Source: Candidatus Omnitrophota bacterium (GTDB lineage: Bacteria; Omnitrophota; Gorgyraeia; 2-01-FULL-45-10). Taken from it: a stretch of DNA of 64,000 nucleotides. Below the pieces are notes generated by a model. That model had not been told where the DNA came from. It was given only the letters and a program-made list of their open reading frames with translations, and ran no database searches. Positions 59,914 to 64,000 of this stretch are shown one piece after another. Position numbers and translations under genes: made by a program. The stretch spans positions 13,379 through 77,378 of the forward strand of contig JAGVGJ010000003.1 of assembly GCA_020057115.1 (NCBI GenBank). Reading direction: 5' to 3'. The first letter of the stretch is position 1; each line of letters starts with the position of its first letter.

Positions 59914-61692
59914 CTAAGATAAAAGCTTCCTGGCCAGATAAAGCTTATTGAGCTTCTTTAACGCCTCAAGGACATACCGCTTGTTGCCGGGCTGTTTTGA
60001 CTGGATGAGGGCTCTCTGAAGCTTCCGCTCCCTCGGATTGCGCGCTACATATATCTCCCGGCCGGTAAACGGGTCCTTGCCCGTATAATAGATCGCGGCG
60101 GAGAAAGTCATGGGAAGCGGTATATAATCCTGTATCTGCTCCGGACTTATCTTGTTCTTCGCAAGATAGAGCGCCAGCTCTAGCGCTCCCTCGAGATCGG
60201 CGCCGGGATGGGCGCTTAAAAAGTAGCTCACCAGGAACTGTTTTTTATTGAGGCTCTTATTTATCCTGCTGAATTTCTCGACGAACTTTTCATAGACCTT
60301 AAAGGACGGCTTGTTCATAAGCTCGAGAACCTTGTAGTCGCAATGCTCCGGCGCCACCTTGAGCTGGCCGCTGACGCGCTCGGAGCACAGCGCCCTCAGG
60401 TATTCGTCGGCATCCTTATCTACGAGAAGGTCGTATCTTACGCCGCTTCCTACGAATACATGCTTTACCCCGGGTATCCCTTTAAGGCGCTTCCACAGCC
60501 GCAGGGTCGGGCCGTACCCCAATTTCAGGTCCTTGCACTTTTCGGGGACAAGGCACTTCTTGTTCCTGCAGGCGCCGCTCTTCTCCCATGACGGGCACTC
60601 GGCCCTGTAGAGATTCGCCGTCGGCCCGCCTATATCGGTTATCGTCCCGCCGAAGTCGCGGCGCTTCACAAGCCTCTTCGCCTCTTCGACTATAGAATCC
60701 TCGCTGCGGCTCTGAATGATCCTGCCCTGGTGAAGGCAAAGCGTGCAGAAACTGCATCCGCCGCTGCAGCCGCGATGGGATATTATCGAATTCCTCACCG
60801 TTTCGAAGCCGGGCACTCCGCCGGCTTTGGAATAGCCGGGATGCCATGCGCACGCGTAGTTTAAAAGATATATCCTGTCCATCTCGTCGGTAGAGAGCGG
60901 CTTGGCCGGCGGAAGCTGGACGACGAACCTTTTCTCGTGCCTCTGGACGATCGTCTTTCCGCGCACGGGATCGGCTTCCGCGTAAAATGCCCTGAATGCT
61001 TCGCTGAACTTCTCCTTGCCGGCGAGCACCTCCTCAAAAGAAGGTATCTCGACAAAATCCTTGAGGGTCGTGATATCATTCCTCGCTATGACCGTTCCGC
61101 GAACGTTATCTATGGCCTTCAACTCCTCGCCGCAACGCAAGCGCCGGGCGATCTCGAAGATCTGTTTTTCGCCCATGCCGTATACGAGCATATCGGCTTT
61201 GGCATCCAAAAGTATGGAGCGCCTCACCTTGTCGGACCAGTAGTCATAGTGCGCGAGTCTCCGGAGGCTCGCCTCTATTCCTCCGAGCACTATCGAAACT
61301 CCCGGGAAGGCCTCGCGGATCTTATTGCAGTATATGATAGATGCCCTGTCGGGCCTTAAGCCGGGCTTGCCTCCGGGCGAATAATCATCCGAGCTCCTGG
61401 GCATCTTATTGGCAGTATAATTAGCGACCATGGAGTCGAGATTCCCTGCCGTGACTCCGAAGAAAAGTTTCGGGCGGCCGAGCCTCTTAAAATCATCTGC
61501 GCTCTTCCATTCCGGTTGGGCTATTATACCGACCTTGAAGCCCTCGCTCTCAAGGACGCGGCCAATGATGGCAGCGGCATAAGACGGGTGGTCAACATAG
61601 GCATCACCGGTGACTATTATTATGTCGAGCTCCGACCATCCGCGCTTGTCGAGATCGGCTTTCGATGTGGGCAGGAACTTGTCTGGTATCAT
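59914..61692 (-). CDS. YgiQ-family radical SAM protein (UPF0313)
   Basis: N-terminal ...VTGDAYVDHPS, CSGGCSFC radical SAM motif, 592 aa. Confidence 0.8.
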   Translation of the reverse strand: MIPDKFLPTSKADLDKRGWSELDIIIVTGDAYVDHPSYAAAIIGRVLESEGFKVGIIAQPEWKSADDFKRLGRPKLFFGVTAGNLDSMVANYTANKMPRSSDDYSPGGKPGLRPDRASIIYCNKIREAFPGVSIVLGGIEASLRRLAHYDYWSDKVRRSILLDAKADMLVYGMGEKQIFEIARRLRCGEELKAIDNVRGTVIARNDITTLKDFVEIPSFEEVLAGKEKFSEAFRAFYAEADPVRGKTIVQRHEKRFVVQLPPAKPLSTDEMDRIYLLNYACAWHPGYSKAGGVPGFETVRNSIISHRGCSGGCSFCTLCLHQGRIIQSRSEDSIVEEAKRLVKRRDFGGTITDIGGPTANLYRAECPSWEKSGACRNKKCLVPEKCKDLKLGYGPTLRLWKRLKGIPGVKHVFVGSGVRYDLLVDKDADEYLRALCSERVSGQLKVAPEHCDYKVLELMNKPSFKVYEKFVEKFSRINKSLNKKQFLVSYFLSAHPGADLEGALELALYLAKNKISPEQIQDYIPLPMTFSAAIYYTGKDPFTGREIYVARNPRERKLQRALIQSKQPGNKRYVLEALKKLNKLYLARKLLS

Positions 61693-61735
61693 AGTTGTCC
61701 CAAAGCTGATTAATATATGATAGGTAAAGTATGGC

Positions 61736-62692
61736 TTACGCTACTGTCTGACTGGAAACTGACTGAAGATCCTGCGGGACGGCTATATTCTTTACTTCAA
61801 GCTTCGGATCTATCTTTTTAAGGAGGCCTTTCAGGACCTGACCCGGGCCTATCTCCAGGAATGTAGTTATGCCGCTTGCGGCGACATTCTTTATCGACTC
61901 CTCCCAGAGCGTGCGTGAGCTTACCTGGGTTATAAGGTTATCTTTTATGGCCGCCGGGTCTGTCTGCGCTTTTGCATCGACATTGCTGACAAAAGAGAGC
62001 CTGGGCGCGGAGATGTTGACCTTGTCGATATAATTCTTCAATTTATCGGCCGCGTGGACCATCAGGGATGAGTGGAACGGACCGCTGACGTCTAGCATCA
62101 GCACTCTCTTGGCGCCCTTATCCTTCGCAAAGCTGGCCAACAGCTCTATATTATTTGTCTTCCCGGAAACTACCACCTGTCCCGGACAATTGAGGTTAGC
62201 TATCTCGCATCCTATGCCCTTGCAGAGTTCCTCTACGGCTTTAATGTCCATTCCTATGATGCAGGCCATCTTGCCCGGGTTCTTCTTCGAGGCCTCTTCC
62301 ATAAGCTCGCCGCGCTTCCTCACCAAAACAAGCGCATCCTCGAAAGAGATAGAGCCTGCCGCGATAAGAGCCGTGTATTCGCCGAGGCTCAAGCCCAGGC
62401 TGAACTTAGGAGCGTAATTTGAATAAACTTGAGATGCCTCAAGCGCTCTCAGCGCGGCTATGCTCGCAGTAAGTATCGCCGGCTGGCTGTTCTTTGTGCT
62501 CGACAGCTCTTCCTGCGGCCCTTCGAAACAGAGCTTCTTAATGTCAAATTTCAGTATCTCGCCGGCTTTATCGAAGATCTCTTTCGCCTGAGGAAAAGCA
62601 TCGTAAAGCTCTTTGCCCATGCCGACTGCTTGCGCGCCCTGCCCCGGAAATATCAGCGCCGTGTCTACCATTCGAGTACTATCGCTCCCCAT
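61736..62692 (-). CDS. fabD: malonyl-CoA-ACP transacylase
   Basis: GLSLGEY active site. Confidence 0.9.
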   Translation of the reverse strand: MGSDSTRMVDTALIFPGQGAQAVGMGKELYDAFPQAKEIFDKAGEILKFDIKKLCFEGPQEELSSTKNSQPAILTASIAALRALEASQVYSNYAPKFSLGLSLGEYTALIAAGSISFEDALVLVRKRGELMEEASKKNPGKMACIIGMDIKAVEELCKGIGCEIANLNCPGQVVVSGKTNNIELLASFAKDKGAKRVLMLDVSGPFHSSLMVHAADKLKNYIDKVNISAPRLSFVSNVDAKAQTDPAAIKDNLITQVSSRTLWEESIKNVAASGITTFLEIGPGQVLKGLLKKIDPKLEVKNIAVPQDLQSVSSQTVA

Positions 62693-63651
62693 GTCAATCC
62701 TCCGCCGAAAGCGTCGAGAAGGACCTTGTCGCCCCTCTTTATCCTGCCGCCCTTAATAGCCTCGACAAAAGCTACCGCGCTTGACGCGGCGGACATGTTG
62801 CCGTATTTTTCTATATTGAGATAGATCTTGTCTTCCGTCAGGCCCATCCTCTTCGCGACCGCGTTCAATATCCTGAGGTTGGCCTGGTGCGGGATGACGA
62901 GCTTTATGTCCTCGGCCTTCAGGCCCAGCGATTTCGTCGCTTCAAGAGCCGCGTCAGCCATTATCTTTACGGCGTGCTTGAACAGCTCCGAACCGTTCAT
63001 CTTTATAAAGTGCAGTTTGTCCTCGACCGACTTCTTCGACGCCGGTATGCGCGAGCCTCCGGCCGGAAGTTTTATGAGTTCGCCTTGCTTGCCGTTCGCG
63101 CCCAGGTGGACCGAAAGTATGCCGCCTTTCTCGACGGGTCCGAGCACCGCGGCCCCTGCGCCGTCGCCGAAGAGGACGCACGTATTGCGGTCGCTCCAGT
63201 CTGTTATTGTAGAAAGTTTTTCGGCGGCTATCACAAGGGCATGCTTGTAAGTGCCGGACGCTATGAACTGCTTGGCTATGGCCAGGCCGTATATGAAACC
63301 GGAACAGGCGACGCTTACGTCGAATGCCGGCACCTGCCTCGCGCCGAGCTTGTCCTGGACGATGCAGGCCGTCGCCGGGAAGAACATGTCGGGCGTTATC
63401 GTGGCGACGATTATGAGATCGATATCCGCAGGCGTTAACTTTGCATCCTCAAGCGCGCGCTTTGCAGCCATGGTAGCCATGTCGCTTGTCGCCTCATCCT
63501 CGCGGGCTATCCTGCGCTCCTTTATGCCGGTCCTCGTCGTTATCCACTCGTCGGTGGTATCGACTATCTTCTCGAGGTCCTTGTTGGTAAGCCTCTTCTC
63601 GGGAAGATACATGCCTACTCCCAGTATTCCTACTTTTTTAGTATCGCACAT
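62665..63651 (-). CDS. fabH: 3-oxoacyl-ACP synthase III
   Basis: Cys-His-Asn triad context (ACSGF, HQAN, GGGLTWG). Confidence 0.9.
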   Translation of the reverse strand: MCDTKKVGILGVGMYLPEKRLTNKDLEKIVDTTDEWITTRTGIKERRIAREDEATSDMATMAAKRALEDAKLTPADIDLIIVATITPDMFFPATACIVQDKLGARQVPAFDVSVACSGFIYGLAIAKQFIASGTYKHALVIAAEKLSTITDWSDRNTCVLFGDGAGAAVLGPVEKGGILSVHLGANGKQGELIKLPAGGSRIPASKKSVEDKLHFIKMNGSELFKHAVKIMADAALEATKSLGLKAEDIKLVIPHQANLRILNAVAKRMGLTEDKIYLNIEKYGNMSAASSAVAFVEAIKGGRIKRGDKVLLDAFGGGLTWGAIVLEW

Positions 63652-63654
63652 ATT

Positions 63655-64000
63655 TTAATAGCTCTCCAATTCCTCTATTATATGCTTGTTCACGTCCTGT
63701 TTGATCGATTCCCCCGCGAACTTAACAGCGTTCTTTATTGCCTTGGCCGTAGACGAGCCATGGGATATTATGCATCTTCCGTCGACCCCCAGAAGCGGCG
63801 CCCCGCCGTATTCGGAATAGTCCAGCTTCTTCTTGAGCTCATTGAATGCCGAGCTTGCCAGGGCGGCGCCGATGGTGGCTATGATATTGACCTTTATCTC
63901 GCGCTTCAACAGCTGGACTATCGTATCGACCACGCTCTCGGATACCTTAAGTATTACATTGCCGACAAAACCGTCGCAGAGCACCACGTCGGCCTTGCCC
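63655..64000 (-). CDS. plsX: phosphate acyltransferase PlsX (3' part; 5' end beyond window)
   Basis: C-terminal PlsX sequence ...LLGVDGRCIISHGSS... Confidence 0.8.
   Translation of the reverse strand, partial: GKADVVLCDGFVGNVILKVSESVVDTIVQLLKREIKVNIIATIGAALASSAFNELKKKLDYSEYGGAPLLGVDGRCIISHGSSTAKAIKNAVKFAGESIKQDVNKHIIEELESY

Overview
The window is a 64 kb chromosomal segment from a moderately GC-rich bacterium, probably an uncultivated anaerobic lineage. The coding sequence is GC-rich, intergenic regions are AT-rich, and PEP-CTERM cargo proteins are present. Nearly all genes (about 55 of 57) lie on the minus strand.

Most of the content is housekeeping: lpxA, apt, a sigma-70 factor, ppdK, class-II glyQS, recO, ybeY, phoH, aspS, hisS, HU, dnaE, groESL with a CIRCE operator, coaX, birA, uvrB, nadC, valS, a hom-thrC-apgM-like-lysC-cimA threonine/aspartate block, gpsA, dus, ppiB, fabD, fabH, plsX, tRNA-Arg(CCT) and tRNA-Pro(GGG).

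Five things stand out:
(1) Two PEP-CTERM cargo genes, one encoding a 1477-aa repeat protein, each carry the same roughly 85-nt leader motif. The motif has a covarying hairpin, sits behind near-identical promoters, and is followed by intrinsic-terminator hairpins immediately before the RBS. It looks like an undescribed riboswitch or attenuator.
(2) A dispersed GC-rich heptamer repeat family (GGGTCCA/GGGNCAA units, often as inverted pairs around an A/T loop) occurs at ten or more loci. Some copies are in-frame inside valS (twice), uvrB and thrC, where they encode Gly/Pro/Ala/Arg-rich insertions. One copy supplies the -35 of an apparently leaderless dus promoter.
(3) An orphan radical-SAM/SPASM maturase gene is inserted into the conserved recO-glyQS junction. 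It is followed by about 600 bp of ORF-free DNA built from nested long inverted repeats (GGGGTGG.../...CCACCCC) with an internal sigma-70 promoter.
(4) The gpsA-dus divergent intergenic region carries a 9-mer tandem array plus four copies of a 35-bp GGGAC...GTCCC palindromic unit in mixed orientation.
(5) A promoter-to-terminator transcription unit of about 235 nt with no ORF lies between gpsA and tRNA-Pro and may be a small RNA.

Coordinates of coding features follow the supplied ORF track, with starts trimmed where an internal start and RBS fit better. Exact hairpin and repeat boundaries are approximate, and any coordinate may be off by a base or two.
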